Shown here: positions 10,370 to 20,650 of the stretch, in pieces
Layout of the letters: every line of letters starts with the position of its first letter
How positions within the stretch are numbered: the first letter of the stretch is position 1
Assembly (NCBI GenBank): GCA_048938385.1
Contig: JBHLMG010000014.1
Span: 1 to 61,124 of the forward strand
DNA: 61,124 nt
Reading direction: 5' to 3'
Origin: Promethearchaeota archaeon
GTDB lineage: Archaea > Asgardarchaeota > Hermodarchaeia > Hermodarchaeales > Hermodarchaeaceae
Notes under the pieces: generated by a model
What the model saw: the letters and a program-made list of their open reading frames with translations, nothing else
The model's database searches: none
Told to the model about the DNA's origin: nothing
Translations under genes and position numbers: made by a program

Positions 10370-11416
10370 TGACTGGTAGCCTTTGAGCAAACAAGTCGGG
10401 GGAGTTTCGCCCTTTTTGACATGGCAGTCCGGGCATATGAGCGCTCCTTCCGGAATATGGGCACCTGCATCTAGGCGAGCGCGATCTCCTACGAGCACGA
10501 ACTTGTCTAGATGTAAATTTGCACCGATCATGGCGCCTTGTCCGATTATCGATGAATCGATGATGGCTCCTGCTGCAATACAGGCATCATCGAAAATCAC
10601 TGAATTGTGAATTCGTGCCATGGGTCCGATTTGGACACGATCTCCGATCGAAACGTCGGGTCCAATCACAGCTGAGGAAGCGATCTGTGTCTTAGCCCCA
10701 ACTCGTGGGGCATCACTGAAGACTACTTGGTGGGCTTTGATGAAAGCCGAGGGCGTGCCTGTATCAATCCAAAACCCGGTATGCTCCCATCCGTATACCT
10801 TTCCAGATTGACATAATGAAGGAAAGACTTCGCGTTCGATTGATACTTCTCGATTGGGAGGTATGTCATCTAGTACCTGTGATTCGAGCACATAACAGCC
10901 AGCGTTAATTAAATTGCTTGGAGCTAGGCCAGGATCCGGTTTTTCGATGAAGTCGAGGATCTGTCCGTCACTAGTGATGTCTACAACGCCAAACCGGCTT
11001 GGGTTATCAACATGATACAGCCCAATGGTGGCGGTAGCTTCGTGTTGGTTGTGAAATTGAATGAGGCGAGTGTAGTCAATGTCTGAGATGATATCGCCGT
11101 TGACAACCAGAAAGGCGGGTTCGCCTTGAAGCAGAGATTCTGCGTGTTTGATGGCTCCTGCCGTTCCAAGCGGTTGGGGTTCGATAGAATAGTGCAGGGT
11201 TTGCCCAGTGGCTGTTTTTTTACCTAGCAGTCCTTTCAGGCGGTCTCCACCATAACCTGTGGCGAGAATGACCTCGGTGATTCCACTTTTTCGTAATTGC
11301 GTGAGAAGATGCCCAATTAGAGTGGTGGTGGCAAGTGGAAGGAGCTGTTTGGGTCGGCTACAGGTAAGAGGGCGTAATCGGGTACCAAACCCTCCAGCCA
11401 GTATTAAGGCTTTCAT
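10358..11416 (-). CDS. NDP-sugar synthase (mannose-1-phosphate guanylyltransferase-like)
   Basis: LAGGFGTRLRPLT..PK, EPQPLGTAG, FIEKP, hexapeptide repeat tail. Confidence 0.9.
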   Translation of the reverse strand: MKALILAGGFGTRLRPLTCSRPKQLLPLATTTLIGHLLTQLRKSGITEVILATGYGGDRLKGLLGKKTATGQTLHYSIEPQPLGTAGAIKHAESLLQGEPAFLVVNGDIISDIDYTRLIQFHNQHEATATIGLYHVDNPSRFGVVDITSDGQILDFIEKPDPGLAPSNLINAGCYVLESQVLDDIPPNREVSIEREVFPSLCQSGKVYGWEHTGFWIDTGTPSAFIKAHQVVFSDAPRVGAKTQIASSAVIGPDVSIGDRVQIGPMARIHNSVIFDDACIAAGAIIDSSIIGQGAMIGANLHLDKFVLVGDRARLDAGAHIPEGALICPDCHVKKGETPPTCLLKGYQSLTV

Positions 11417-11604
11417 TCAGATATGAACCACCAAATCGTCAGTCTTCTGAGCCGTCTCGTCTAATGGTCTGATTAAAGAAGAGGCATAAGTATTTATTTG
11501 AATGTTAGTTTCTCTTCGTTGTCTGGTACTGCTTGTGGGTAAGACTTAAGAACAAGCCCATAGCAAGGCAGTCGCAGATTCCCTTTCTTGAGGGGTAACC
11601 CATT

Positions 11605-11949
11605 ATGGCTCGTGATAAAGTCTACGGTTTCCTAATTCTCCTCTTTGCGATTCTCATCTTACTCTACTATACCTATTGGGCTCTGATCTATCCGTTCATG
11701 TTCTTCGGCGTCTATCCATCGGGTGGAGTTTTCGACTATCCTTGGACACACCCATGGGTTCAAGGTTTGCCGTTTCTCCAATTCATTCCAGTCATCCGAG
11801 AGCCCTACTTCGCTGTTGCTATTCCAATGTGGTTGGCGATTGTACTAGTGCTCTTCATTGTGGCCTGGATTGGCTGGACAATGCTTACAACGCCACCTCC
11901 AATTCCGCTTGAAGAAATCGAGGAAGAAGAGGAAGCCAAAGAAGAGTAA
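11605..11949 (+). CDS. Two-TM membrane protein, DPM2/PIG-P-like
   Basis: DKVYGF...YYTYW..PF...YFAVAIP...WTMLTTPPP, resembling eukaryotic DPM2 and PIG-P by eye. Confidence 0.6.
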   Translation: MARDKVYGFLILLFAILILLYYTYWALIYPFMFFGVYPSGGVFDYPWTHPWVQGLPFLQFIPVIREPYFAVAIPMWLAIVLVLFIVAWIGWTMLTTPPPIPLEEIEEEEEAKEE

Positions 11950-12061
11950 ACTGCCAAGCACCACCTAGTGGCATACGATCAGCGTATTTGGTGTCTCCCT
12001 TCACGGGAGACCGCCTTTTCCTATTTTCACATAACAGCTAGTTCGAATTCTGAATTCGTGT

Positions 12062-12298
12062 TTAGGTTTCAGGCGGAGTTTCACCAGCGAGGATTTCGCG
12101 CCACAGTTCTAAGCTTTCTTCAGCTTCTTTTCGATCCATTTTTTGGATGGCGTACCCGGTGTGAACAATGACATAATCACCTGGTTTTATCTGTTCTAAA
12201 AGGGCAATGGAAACAGCGCGTTTAACTCCTCCAAAATCTACGGTTGCAGTGTTACCCTCGATACTGACGACTTGCGCAGGAATTGCCAGGCACATCAC
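12062..12298 (-). CDS. hypC: [NiFe]-hydrogenase maturation chaperone HypC
   Basis: MCLAIPAQV...GDYVIVHTGYAI. Confidence 0.96.
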   Translation of the reverse strand: MMCLAIPAQVVSIEGNTATVDFGGVKRAVSIALLEQIKPGDYVIVHTGYAIQKMDRKEAEESLELWREILAGETPPET

Positions 12299-12327
12299 AG
12301 TTCATCTAGATACTGTGTGAAGGCGGA

Positions 12328-13329
12328 TTGTTCTTAAGCCTTCCCGCATTGCTAGAGATTAATGTGGTTATAGTGAAACTCTCCGAAGCAACCCGGCTCG
12401 CCAAGAAGTATGGGTATTTGGAATACATGGTGGAGCGGTATCTCCAGATATTCGGAGTAGACACAGAAGCGTTCCTAATTGGTAACGATGCACCGTTACC
12501 GAAAACTCTACGCGTCAATACCCTTGTGACTAGCCCCAAGGCGCTTGCTTCGCATCTGGGAGAAAAGGAAGTAGAACTCGAGCCTGTAGAAGGGCTTCCT
12601 TATGCCTTTCATGTTTTGAAGTCAGCGGTACCCTTAGGCGCGACGACAGAATATTTGCTTGGGCAGTACCTGCTGCAAAGCCCTGCATCGATGTGGACTA
12701 TTGAAGCCTTAGCTCCTGAAGCAGGGTCTCTCGTAGTGGACATGTGTGCAGCGCCCGGAGGAAAGACCACCCTCATTGCGCAAATGATGAAGAACAAGGG
12801 CGCCATTCTGGCAACAGATATCAATCGCCAACGAACACGAAGCCTTCGATCCAACCTTTCGCGCATGCAGGTGGAGAATGCTTTAGTTACACGAATGGAT
12901 GCCACCCAACTTCCAGAATGGGGAATTAAAGCTGATGCTGTGTTATTGGATGCCCCCTGCACAGGAGAGGGATTAATTCCAGTGGATCCAACGCGGAAAC
13001 AAAGCCGAACCAGTGAAGACCTAGCGAAGCTAGCCCAAGTGCAAAAACGCTTACTACTTGCTGGAATTTCACTACTTCAAGAGAAAGGGGTTTTAGTCTA
13101 TGTGACCTGCTCCTTTGCTCCTGAGGAAAACGAGGAAATAATCGATTATGCTATTCGACACTGTCCCATTCGCGTCATAGACACAGGGCTCCCCCTTGGG
13201 GCGCCTGGTTTAACAAGACCGTTCGAACAGGAGCTTCACCCTTCGCTTCGATTGGCACGACGGTTCTACCCTTACCAGCACCAAATGGAGGGCTTTTTCA
13301 TATGCAAGATAGAAAAGATCGCAGCATAA
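12328..13329 (+). CDS. NOL1/NOP2/Sun RNA m5C methyltransferase
   Basis: DMCAAPGGKT, LLDAPCTGEG, YVTCS..PEENE, GFFI. Confidence 0.92.
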   Translation: MFLSLPALLEINVVIVKLSEATRLAKKYGYLEYMVERYLQIFGVDTEAFLIGNDAPLPKTLRVNTLVTSPKALASHLGEKEVELEPVEGLPYAFHVLKSAVPLGATTEYLLGQYLLQSPASMWTIEALAPEAGSLVVDMCAAPGGKTTLIAQMMKNKGAILATDINRQRTRSLRSNLSRMQVENALVTRMDATQLPEWGIKADAVLLDAPCTGEGLIPVDPTRKQSRTSEDLAKLAQVQKRLLLAGISLLQEKGVLVYVTCSFAPEENEEIIDYAIRHCPIRVIDTGLPLGAPGLTRPFEQELHPSLRLARRFYPYQHQMEGFFICKIEKIAA

Positions 13330-13850
13330 CCTATGCTAGCCCCACAGATGAAGAGGTAGACCAGATTAGCCAAAGCCTGAGTCAGTACCTTCCTCGGCCA
13401 GCGATTGATCAACTCCTTGAGGAGCACCACCTTCTGATTGGTCGAGGGCGCCGCAGCGAGGTCTTCCTGATTTCGTCTCCCTTATGGACGCTGTATCAAC
13501 GCCTCCTGCCCCATCGAAACCCGTATTTCCTTGGAATTTTCCTCGGCGAGTTAACCCGTGACCGGTTTAGCCCTAGCTTGCAGATACTCTCCTTCCTCGT
13601 TCAAAGGGGTATGGATTCAATTAAGGTGGTAACAACTCCAGCAGGTGAGCAACTGTTCTTGTATGGACAAGCCCTTTCAAGGGAACACCTTGCAGTAATT
13701 CCACCTGATCTCAAAAGAGGGATAGGCGTACTTGTTGTAAACCAAAAAGGTGAAGGATTAGGGTATGGGCGCATTAAACAGATCAAAGGTGAAACCATTA
13801 CAATTTCAAATCAACAGGATCTAGGATGGTATCTACGGCGAGGTCAATAG
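13302..13850 (+). CDS. Nip7-like PUA-domain ribosome biogenesis protein
   Basis: GEQLFLYG, C-terminal DLGWYLRRG; overlaps the NOP2-like gene. Confidence 0.75.
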   Translation: MQDRKDRSITYASPTDEEVDQISQSLSQYLPRPAIDQLLEEHHLLIGRGRRSEVFLISSPLWTLYQRLLPHRNPYFLGIFLGELTRDRFSPSLQILSFLVQRGMDSIKVVTTPAGEQLFLYGQALSREHLAVIPPDLKRGIGVLVVNQKGEGLGYGRIKQIKGETITISNQQDLGWYLRRGQ

Positions 13851-13911
13851 CCTTCTCTAAACTAGATTAGTGAAAGATTAACAAGAAAGGTCAGACTGCC
13901 CGAGGACGAAT

Positions 13912-14217
13912 TTAGCCAAAGAGTGCACCGAGGCCGGCTACTTCTTCTGGCTTTTCTTCTTCTTTTTTCTCTGGCTTCTTTTCTGCGGGCTTTTCTGCAG
14001 GCGCTTCAGCGGCAGCGGGTGCAGCAGCAGGAGCAGCAGCGACTGGGACGGCCTTGATAGCTTCTTCAATGTTAATGTCTTTAAGCGTGGCGACAAGGGC
14101 TTTAATTCGACCTTCGTCTGGGGTCACACCTGCGGCTTCGAGTATCTTCGATATGCTGGAAGCTGAGATTTTTTTACCTGCTTTATGAAGCAACATTGCA
14201 CTGTAGATGTATTCCAT
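13912..14217 (-). CDS. rpl12: Ribosomal stalk protein P1 (L12)
   Basis: [11 protein letters not shown]...GLGALFG. Confidence 0.97.
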   Translation of the reverse strand: MEYIYSAMLLHKAGKKISASSISKILEAAGVTPDEGRIKALVATLKDINIEEAIKAVPVAAAPAAAPAAAEAPAEKPAEKKPEKKEEEKPEEVAGLGALFG

Positions 14218-14322
14218 TTTTCATCGTCCTCCAAGTTTATGGTGGAAGACAGGGGCATTACCTGTGAGAGGGAACGCTTTAATTGAGGCGTATTTTAATC
14301 TTTTGTCTTGGTTATGCCAGGT

Positions 14323-15249
14323 TTAGTTAGGCATTGCCTCTGGGTTCTTCTTGCGGATCATTTGAGCAAGGGTTTTCGCACGCTGTTCGGCTTGAGCGAG
14401 GATGTCGCCCTTGGTTTCATCGGAAAGGATTCCGGCGAAGAGGGATAAACTTCGAGATTCTTGTACTGCTTTTTGAAGTAGGAGTGGAAGTATCTCAGGA
14501 TTGATATAGTTCGCAGCTATTGCAAGCGCCATACCCTCTTGGGATGCAGTCAAGAGTTGATTGACTATGTCACCACGACTAATCGTAAAGACATCCGCCA
14601 AGAGGAGAATTCCATCATCGTAAGCTACAGCAATTTTAAGGAAGATTTCATAGGGCTCCATGCCTAACCGTGACATGACCAAGGCTTGGTCTCGAGTAAC
14701 CGTTTCACCTGCATTTACGATGGTATGATCTGCTGTAATCCATATAGAACCGCCTTGAATTCGAGTTTTAAGCCCCACTTGCCCTAGCTCAGAAATGAGT
14801 GGCCCTGGTGGAAACCCAGTGTTTCCTGCTTCAATGACGATGTTAATCGGAGACACTGTGCCTGCCTTGGCTGGGGCCTTTGCCATATTCTCTTGGAGCA
14901 TATCGTTGAGTTCAAAGGGACTGACAGTGCTAAACGCAAAGGCGATTGTCCCTTCGATGTAAGGAAGGAGTTTGTCAAGGTTTTTCTTCTTTTTTGCAGC
15001 TTCCTCAACAGCACGGATCATGAGGGTGTTGCGAGACATGGTGATAATTGCCTGCGGGCGAATAGCCTTCTTGATCGCCTGTAATTGTTTTGATCCGATT
15101 TGCTCGGTTCGCATTAAAGAGATGTAATCATACTTTTCGAGGAGTGCCACAAGTTGGGCGACTTCTTTGAGTTTGGCTTGAGGAACAGGGCGTCCTTTGC
15201 CAGTATGAGGAGTTACTGAGTTTCCGGGTTTTTGTGGACTTGTACTCAT
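14323..15249 (-). CDS. rpl10: Ribosomal protein uL10 (P0)
   Basis: SRNTL, APAKAG, GNTGFPPGP; operon position. Confidence 0.95.
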   Translation of the reverse strand: MSTSPQKPGNSVTPHTGKGRPVPQAKLKEVAQLVALLEKYDYISLMRTEQIGSKQLQAIKKAIRPQAIITMSRNTLMIRAVEEAAKKKKNLDKLLPYIEGTIAFAFSTVSPFELNDMLQENMAKAPAKAGTVSPINIVIEAGNTGFPPGPLISELGQVGLKTRIQGGSIWITADHTIVNAGETVTRDQALVMSRLGMEPYEIFLKIAVAYDDGILLLADVFTISRGDIVNQLLTASQEGMALAIAANYINPEILPLLLQKAVQESRSLSLFAGILSDETKGDILAQAEQRAKTLAQMIRKKNPEAMPN

Positions 15250-15266
15250 TGCCTTTCACCAGCACG

Positions 15267-15917
15267 CTATACTGCGATTTTAACTGCGGGTCCCATCGTT
15301 GTTTTTGTGAAGATTGAATCGATATTTTGCATACCACGATCGAGGTTTCGCTCCAAAGCTGTGACAACAGCTTGTATGTTCTCTGCGACCTGCTTAGGAG
15401 CCATTGATCGTTTACCGACTTTTGCCTGGATGACTAAGGTCTTACGCATTCGCAGTTTCACTGAAGACGAGAACTCACTAAGCGTTTTTGCAAGATCGGC
15501 ATCAGGTGGAACGGGGCGAGGCATCTTCCCCCGAGGACCCAGGAATGGCCCTAGGACACGCCCAATGAGTGGCATTAGATCAGCTTGTGCGATGAAAAAG
15601 TTCATTTCGTCAGCTAAGGTCTTTGCCGCATCTTTATCAGTTTCAAGTTTTTCAACATCTTCAACTTCAAGGACTTTGCTCGCTCCGGCTTTTCGAGCGC
15701 GAAAAGCAAAGTCGCCAGAACCGATAATGCACACTTGCATAGCTTCTCCTACAGCATGTGGTAGATTAACATCGATGTTGAGTTGTTTTCCCCCTTTCTT
15801 CAAATCGATGCCCCTGAGGTTAACGATAACTTCCATGGCCTCTTCGAATTTCCGTTTCTTCGCCTTAGTTTGAGCTTCACCTACTGCAGAAACGATGTTA
15901 TCTATTTTTACGGACAT
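15267..15917 (-). CDS. rpl1: Ribosomal protein uL1
   Basis: LGPRGKMP, KTTMGP. Confidence 0.97.
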   Translation of the reverse strand: MSVKIDNIVSAVGEAQTKAKKRKFEEAMEVIVNLRGIDLKKGGKQLNIDVNLPHAVGEAMQVCIIGSGDFAFRARKAGASKVLEVEDVEKLETDKDAAKTLADEMNFFIAQADLMPLIGRVLGPFLGPRGKMPRPVPPDADLAKTLSEFSSSVKLRMRKTLVIQAKVGKRSMAPKQVAENIQAVVTALERNLDRGMQNIDSIFTKTTMGPAVKIAV

Positions 15918-15939
15918 CTTTGTTTCTCACCCTAAGTAA

Positions 15940-16419
15940 TCATTTGAGTTTTTCCGCATACAAACCCTGATCTAGTTCTTTTTGCACCTCTCGGGCATCT
16001 TTTCCATCTACTGTGACGCCCATGCTCACACAGGTTCCTAACACGGATTTTACTTGATTGACAAGGGAGCCTCCCAGTAAATCCTTCTCTTTTGCACGAA
16101 CTACCGTGAGGATCTTGTCAAAGGAAATATCACCGGTTACTTCAGTTCCGGTGGCACCTGTTCCCTTTTCTGCGTTCACTTCCTTCAAGATCAAGGCTGA
16201 AGTAGGTGGAAGGCCGACTTCAATTTCAAACTCTTTAGTATCATCATCTACAACGATGGTAACAGGAACCTTCAGTCCCTTCAAATCCGCCGTCAACTCG
16301 TTGATTTTCTGGACAATCATATACAAATTCGCCCCAGTAGGACCGAGCACTGGTGCTATGGGGGGACCGGCTGAGGCTTTACCGCCTTCGATGAGGGCTT
16401 CGCATACAACTTTGGCCAT
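15940..16419 (-). CDS. rpl11: Ribosomal protein uL11
   Basis: GGKASAGPPIAPVLGP, GTCVSMG; start reassigned to ATG 16419. Confidence 0.97.
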   Translation of the reverse strand: MAKVVCEALIEGGKASAGPPIAPVLGPTGANLYMIVQKINELTADLKGLKVPVTIVVDDDTKEFEIEVGLPPTSALILKEVNAEKGTGATGTEVTGDISFDKILTVVRAKEKDLLGGSLVNQVKSVLGTCVSMGVTVDGKDAREVQKELDQGLYAEKLK

Positions 16420-16513
16420 CGTTGGTGTCTCCTCTGGAGAGATTTCAGCTTCCTGAACTATACGCAATTTAAAAATGTTCTGTCTCTACCTAGACCCAGC
16501 AGATATTAGGTGA

Positions 16514-17023
16514 TTAGAGTTCGAGGATTTCTTCTTCCTCTTCGTCAGAGTCTCCGCGATCACTGCGCTCTACGATGCGGAGGAAGTCCGCGTGGACTTT
16601 GACAGGAATCGGTGAGGGGGCTTCGAAGAGTTCGAGTGTAATCTCGTTTTTAGCCGTGTCGATCCGCATGACTCTGGCGCGTTCACCCTTAAAGGGACCA
16701 CCGGTGATTTCGACGATGTCGCTGATTTCGAGGTCCTCAGTGGGCGGTCGGGGGACGAGTATGTGTTCAATTTCATCGAGGAGAATTTTACCTGGGATGA
16801 TGCCTTTAATGTGGGGGATTCCAGCGATGGCGAGTTCCACATCCCGAGAACTGCGGGCTTCAACGAAGATGTAACCTTTGAGAGGTTCAGGGACTAGAAT
16901 CGCTTTGATGGTCTGAAAATCTCCTGTGCGTTTTCGGACTCGGCCCCAGATGACATGCGCTATACCCTTCTCTTGTCCGATTGTGGTACGCACAATGTAT
17001 ATGTTGGAAGGCGTTGCTGACAT
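16514..17023 (-). CDS. spt5: Transcription elongation factor Spt5
   Basis: NGN domain (TTIGQE, KGYIFVE) plus KOW (GPFKGE). Confidence 0.96.
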   Translation of the reverse strand: MSATPSNIYIVRTTIGQEKGIAHVIWGRVRKRTGDFQTIKAILVPEPLKGYIFVEARSSRDVELAIAGIPHIKGIIPGKILLDEIEHILVPRPPTEDLEISDIVEITGGPFKGERARVMRIDTAKNEITLELFEAPSPIPVKVHADFLRIVERSDRGDSDEEEEEILEL

Positions 17024-17060
17024 GTCATGTCCCTCGAGACAGGTGTTTTTTGCTGGTTAT

Positions 17061-17264
17061 TCAAGTTTGCGCGAAAACTGGTGAGGCTGTGATGACGGTC
17101 ATGATTAAGCGAATGAAGAAACCGACAGCGCCAACTACGAAGAGACCTAGCATGCTGATTTTGAATTGCATCCAGATTTCTTGACGGGTTGGGCGTTTAG
17201 CTAGTTTGTAGATGCGTTTTGTGTTTTCCCAGAAGGTCGAAGCCTGACTTGACATTTTTTTCAC
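17061..17264 (-). CDS. secE: Protein translocase SecE/Sec61 gamma
   Basis: LAKRPTRQE plus TM with GAVGFFI; directly upstream of spt5. Confidence 0.92.
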   Translation of the reverse strand: MKKMSSQASTFWENTKRIYKLAKRPTRQEIWMQFKISMLGLFVVGAVGFFIRLIMTVITASPVFAQT

Positions 17265-17332
17265 CTAAAGTCGACTAGAGGTCTTGAGCTGTCTCACCGT
17301 CATCCCCTAATAAGTCTTTTCGCATTCGCACT

Positions 17333-18175
17333 TCACTTTGAGGACGGATGAAGCAGTGAGTTTACGCGTTTGACTTCAAGCTCTAAGGAGTCTAGGAGTG
17401 AAATTACTCGTTTTCGTTGATCCCCCTTCATCCCCTTCCAATCCAAAGCTGCAAAAATTGGCGGAGGGCTTGAGCGAGTTATAGCTTGTTGGAGAAGGTT
17501 TTCGGCAAGTTCATCGAGATAATACTTGGGGATAATGTGTCCAATGGCGTATGAGGATTCAAGGCAAAGTCGAGTAAAAGCGGGACAGTAATGAGGACCG
17601 CCAATACCGAGAACGACTGGGTAGGACTCCTGGAAGCGTTGAGCAACGGAGAGGATGCAGCGGGCAACGAGTTTTGCTGCAGGCACATGTTGCCATTCTT
17701 GTTCAGTGCTTCCGATTTCAATGAAGAGTGTTGGGGTCGATTCAACGAAGGGACCATGGTGGGTGACCTCTAATCCACAAGCCCATTCGGATAGGCCGAA
17801 TTGAGCTTTTTCAGAGTTTAATACTTGGAGGGCAACTTTGAGGGCGATTGGCGGAGCATAACAGAGAGTGGAAGCTTTCCCACCAAGGTCTGCGTTGCCC
17901 CAATTCCCTGGTACATGTGTGAGGAGTGCGGGTCGAAAAGCGGCGGATTTGTGCCGAGATGCAAAGATGAAGAGATCCGCGGTGAAGTTCTCATCGAGGT
18001 TCTCTGCATGGACACTATCCTGCTGTAAGGTTACCAAGGATAATTGCTCAAATTGATAAACGGGAAAGGAGTCGAAGGTATTTCCTGTGTCAGTGAAAGG
18101 ATATTGATCGAGAAGACACTGTTTGATGGTCTGGGCAGCCAAATCCTTCGAGGAGCAGAAACAGACAACTGACAC
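17333..18175 (-). CDS. dtdA: D-aminoacyl-tRNA deacylase (archaeal DTD2)
   Basis: SRH, LTHVPGN, EVTHHGP, FIEIGS, GGPHY; start reassigned to GTG 18175. Confidence 0.92.
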   Translation of the reverse strand: MSVVCFCSSKDLAAQTIKQCLLDQYPFTDTGNTFDSFPVYQFEQLSLVTLQQDSVHAENLDENFTADLFIFASRHKSAAFRPALLTHVPGNWGNADLGGKASTLCYAPPIALKVALQVLNSEKAQFGLSEWACGLEVTHHGPFVESTPTLFIEIGSTEQEWQHVPAAKLVARCILSVAQRFQESYPVVLGIGGPHYCPAFTRLCLESSYAIGHIIPKYYLDELAENLLQQAITRSSPPPIFAALDWKGMKGDQRKRVISLLDSLELEVKRVNSLLHPSSK

Positions 18176-18197
18176 AGCACGACTCCCCGTAAGAAGC

Positions 18198-19127
18198 TCA
18201 CAGGAGAAGCGCCAATACAGCTTTCGCGGTATGTAGACGGTTTTCAGCTTGGTCCCAGACCACGCTCTGGAAACCTTCAATGACAGCGTCTGTGATTTCT
18301 TCGTCACGATGAGCAGGAAGACAGTGCATGACGATGCTATGAGGAGCTGCGGCCTCTAATAACGCTTCATTAAGTTGAAACTTCGGCACAAAAGCTGCAA
18401 GTCGTTTTTCACGTTCCTTGTCTTGACCCATAGAAACGAAGACATCGGTATACAAGACATCCGCATCATTGGCAGCGGCTTTGGGATCAGTGGTAACTTC
18501 GATGCTGCTCATGTTCGCTTCTGCTCGTTCACGGGCGATCTTAGTGACATCCGCGTTAGGTTCATACCCTGAAGGGGTGGCTACGGCTACTTCCAACCCC
18601 ATGGTTGCACAACCAATCATAAGAGAATGGCAGACATTATTGCCATCTCCCACATACGCGAGTTTGAGACCTTCCAAATCGTGGAGTTTTTCATGAATGG
18701 TGAGGAGATCTGCGAGAATCTGGCAAGGATGGTACATGGGGGTGAGCGCATTGATTACGGGAATTGTGCTATGTTCGGCTAGTTCAACTACATGCCCATG
18801 GTCGGTGGCTCGTATGACGATGCCGTGCACATACCGACTGAGGACTCGAGCAGTATCTGCGATGGGTTCACCTCGGCTGAGTTGGAGCTCTTGTGCACTG
18901 AGAAATAGCGGATCACCCGATAGTTCGTTAATCGCGACTTCGAAGCTGACTCGAGTGCGTGTGGAAGGGCGTTCGAAAACCATGCCCACTGAACGGCCTA
19001 GAAGGCTTGTGCCCAGTTCACCTCGATAGCGTTGCCGTTTCAAATCAGCGGCTGTATCGAGAAAAAGTTGAATTTCTTCTCTACTAAAGTCTTTAAGCGA
19101 CAACAAGTGACGCCCTGCAAGGTTCAT
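18198..19127 (-). CDS. argF: Ornithine carbamoyltransferase
   Basis: STRTR, HPCQ, SMG, HCLP, QAENR. Confidence 0.97.
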   Translation of the reverse strand: MNLAGRHLLSLKDFSREEIQLFLDTAADLKRQRYRGELGTSLLGRSVGMVFERPSTRTRVSFEVAINELSGDPLFLSAQELQLSRGEPIADTARVLSRYVHGIVIRATDHGHVVELAEHSTIPVINALTPMYHPCQILADLLTIHEKLHDLEGLKLAYVGDGNNVCHSLMIGCATMGLEVAVATPSGYEPNADVTKIARERAEANMSSIEVTTDPKAAANDADVLYTDVFVSMGQDKEREKRLAAFVPKFQLNEALLEAAAPHSIVMHCLPAHRDEEITDAVIEGFQSVVWDQAENRLHTAKAVLALLL

Positions 19128-19223
19128 TGAATCAACACCTTGAGTGTAAATGCTGCGATGAATCCTGCAAGCGCCATGACTTTATAATGTTTGGCTCAGA
19201 GTGGACTGTATAAAAACTAGGGT

Positions 19224-20129
19224 TTAGGGAGCAATTTTCTGAGTGAACCATTCGGGATTGAACGCTTCTAAGTCTGGATATTTCTGTCCGACACCAACAA
19301 AGATGATGGGTTTTCCAGTGGCCACTGCGATAGAAAGAGCTGCACCACCTTTAGCATCTGCATCGACTTTGGTTAAGACAGCGGCATCGATGCCTATTTT
19401 TTCATTGAAGGTCTTTGCTTGTTCAATGGCATCGTTGCCCGCTAATGCGTCACCGACAAAGATTACAAGATCCGGTTCAGCAACGCGGTGGATTTTAGCT
19501 AGTTCGGCCATGAGGTTTTTGTCTGTCTGCATCCGACCTGCCGTGTCGATTAGCACAACATCAATTTTTCGAGCGCGGGCATGGTTGATTGCGTCAAAGG
19601 CGACAGAAGCTGGATCAGATCCATAAGGTCGACTCATCACTCGAACCTTCAGGCGATTGCCGTGGGTTTGGAGCTGTTCCGCACTTCCGGCGCGGAAAGT
19701 GTCAGCACAGGCAAGAACCACCGAGTATCCTTTAGTTTGTAGCATGTGCGTGAATTTCGCGATGGTGGTAGTTTTACCAGTCCCGTTGACCCCAAGAAAC
19801 ATTATTTTGAGCGGCTCTTGCTCTTTTTTCCGCTGCTCCAAGAGGGCGAAGAGATCAATGGGGGTTTCAGGAGTTAGAGCATCTAATATGGCAGTAGCCA
19901 ATGCTTTGCGAATCGTGTCCTTTTTACTTTGTAACCGACTGATTTGCTCTCCTTCTAAAAGTTCTTTAACGCGTTCATTGATTCGTTCTGCGGCTTCATA
20001 GGCTACATCGTTTGAAAGGAGCGCCATTTGAAGGTCACTGAAGGCGTCATCAAGGTTCTTTTCACTGATGGCTTTATGAGTCACTTTCTGGACGAAACCA
20101 TCCACTGCTTTACGGAGTTTTTCAAACAC
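19224..20129 (-). CDS. ftsY: SRP receptor FtsY
   Basis: GVNGTGKTT, DTFR, DTAGR, TKVD, KGG. Confidence 0.96.
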   Translation of the reverse strand: MFEKLRKAVDGFVQKVTHKAISEKNLDDAFSDLQMALLSNDVAYEAAERINERVKELLEGEQISRLQSKKDTIRKALATAILDALTPETPIDLFALLEQRKKEQEPLKIMFLGVNGTGKTTTIAKFTHMLQTKGYSVVLACADTFRAGSAEQLQTHGNRLKVRVMSRPYGSDPASVAFDAINHARARKIDVVLIDTAGRMQTDKNLMAELAKIHRVAEPDLVIFVGDALAGNDAIEQAKTFNEKIGIDAAVLTKVDADAKGGAALSIAVATGKPIIFVGVGQKYPDLEAFNPEWFTQKIAP

Positions 20130-20155
20130 TCAAGCGCCCTCCAAAAACGATACAA

Positions 20156-20614
20156 CTATCCTGGTTGTGTTGATTGCTGTTGCGTAGCCTGGATGAGTTG
20201 ATTAAGCTGGTTGCGATAATCCTCGATTCGTTCCTGGTTAGCTCGCATCTGTTCTTGTTGTTGTTTGGCTAGTTCAGCGAGTTTCTCTTGTTGTTCTTCG
20301 TACCGCTTGAGGGCTTCGTCTATGGTTCGTTCAACGGCGAAACCAGCACCAATTGAGGTGACGACCTGCTTTGTCTCTGTGAGCTTCACATACAGATGAG
20401 TTCCAGAGCCAATGTTAATCATGATTTCGTCTCCTGGTTGGTGATTCTTTAATTCTCGAACTGCCACTGCAGTTTCTATTAACCGTTGGATTTGCAATTC
20501 AATCATTTGTAAGTTGTTTTGACCTCGAACTATTTCCTCTTCCAATGCTTGAATGGCTAAAATGAATTGCTGGGCTGCTTCCTCAGGATTAAGGGATGGT
20601 TGCTTCATTTTCAC
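20156..20614 (-). CDS. pfdA: Prefoldin alpha subunit
   Basis: Coiled coils flanking IGSG/IGAG hairpins; synteny with eL20 and ftsY. Confidence 0.9.
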   Translation of the reverse strand: MKMKQPSLNPEEAAQQFILAIQALEEEIVRGQNNLQMIELQIQRLIETAVAVRELKNHQPGDEIMINIGSGTHLYVKLTETKQVVTSIGAGFAVERTIDEALKRYEEQQEKLAELAKQQQEQMRANQERIEDYRNQLNQLIQATQQQSTQPG

Positions 20615-20650
20615 ATAACCCCTTCAAAATTACTGAACCCTGTACTGCGC

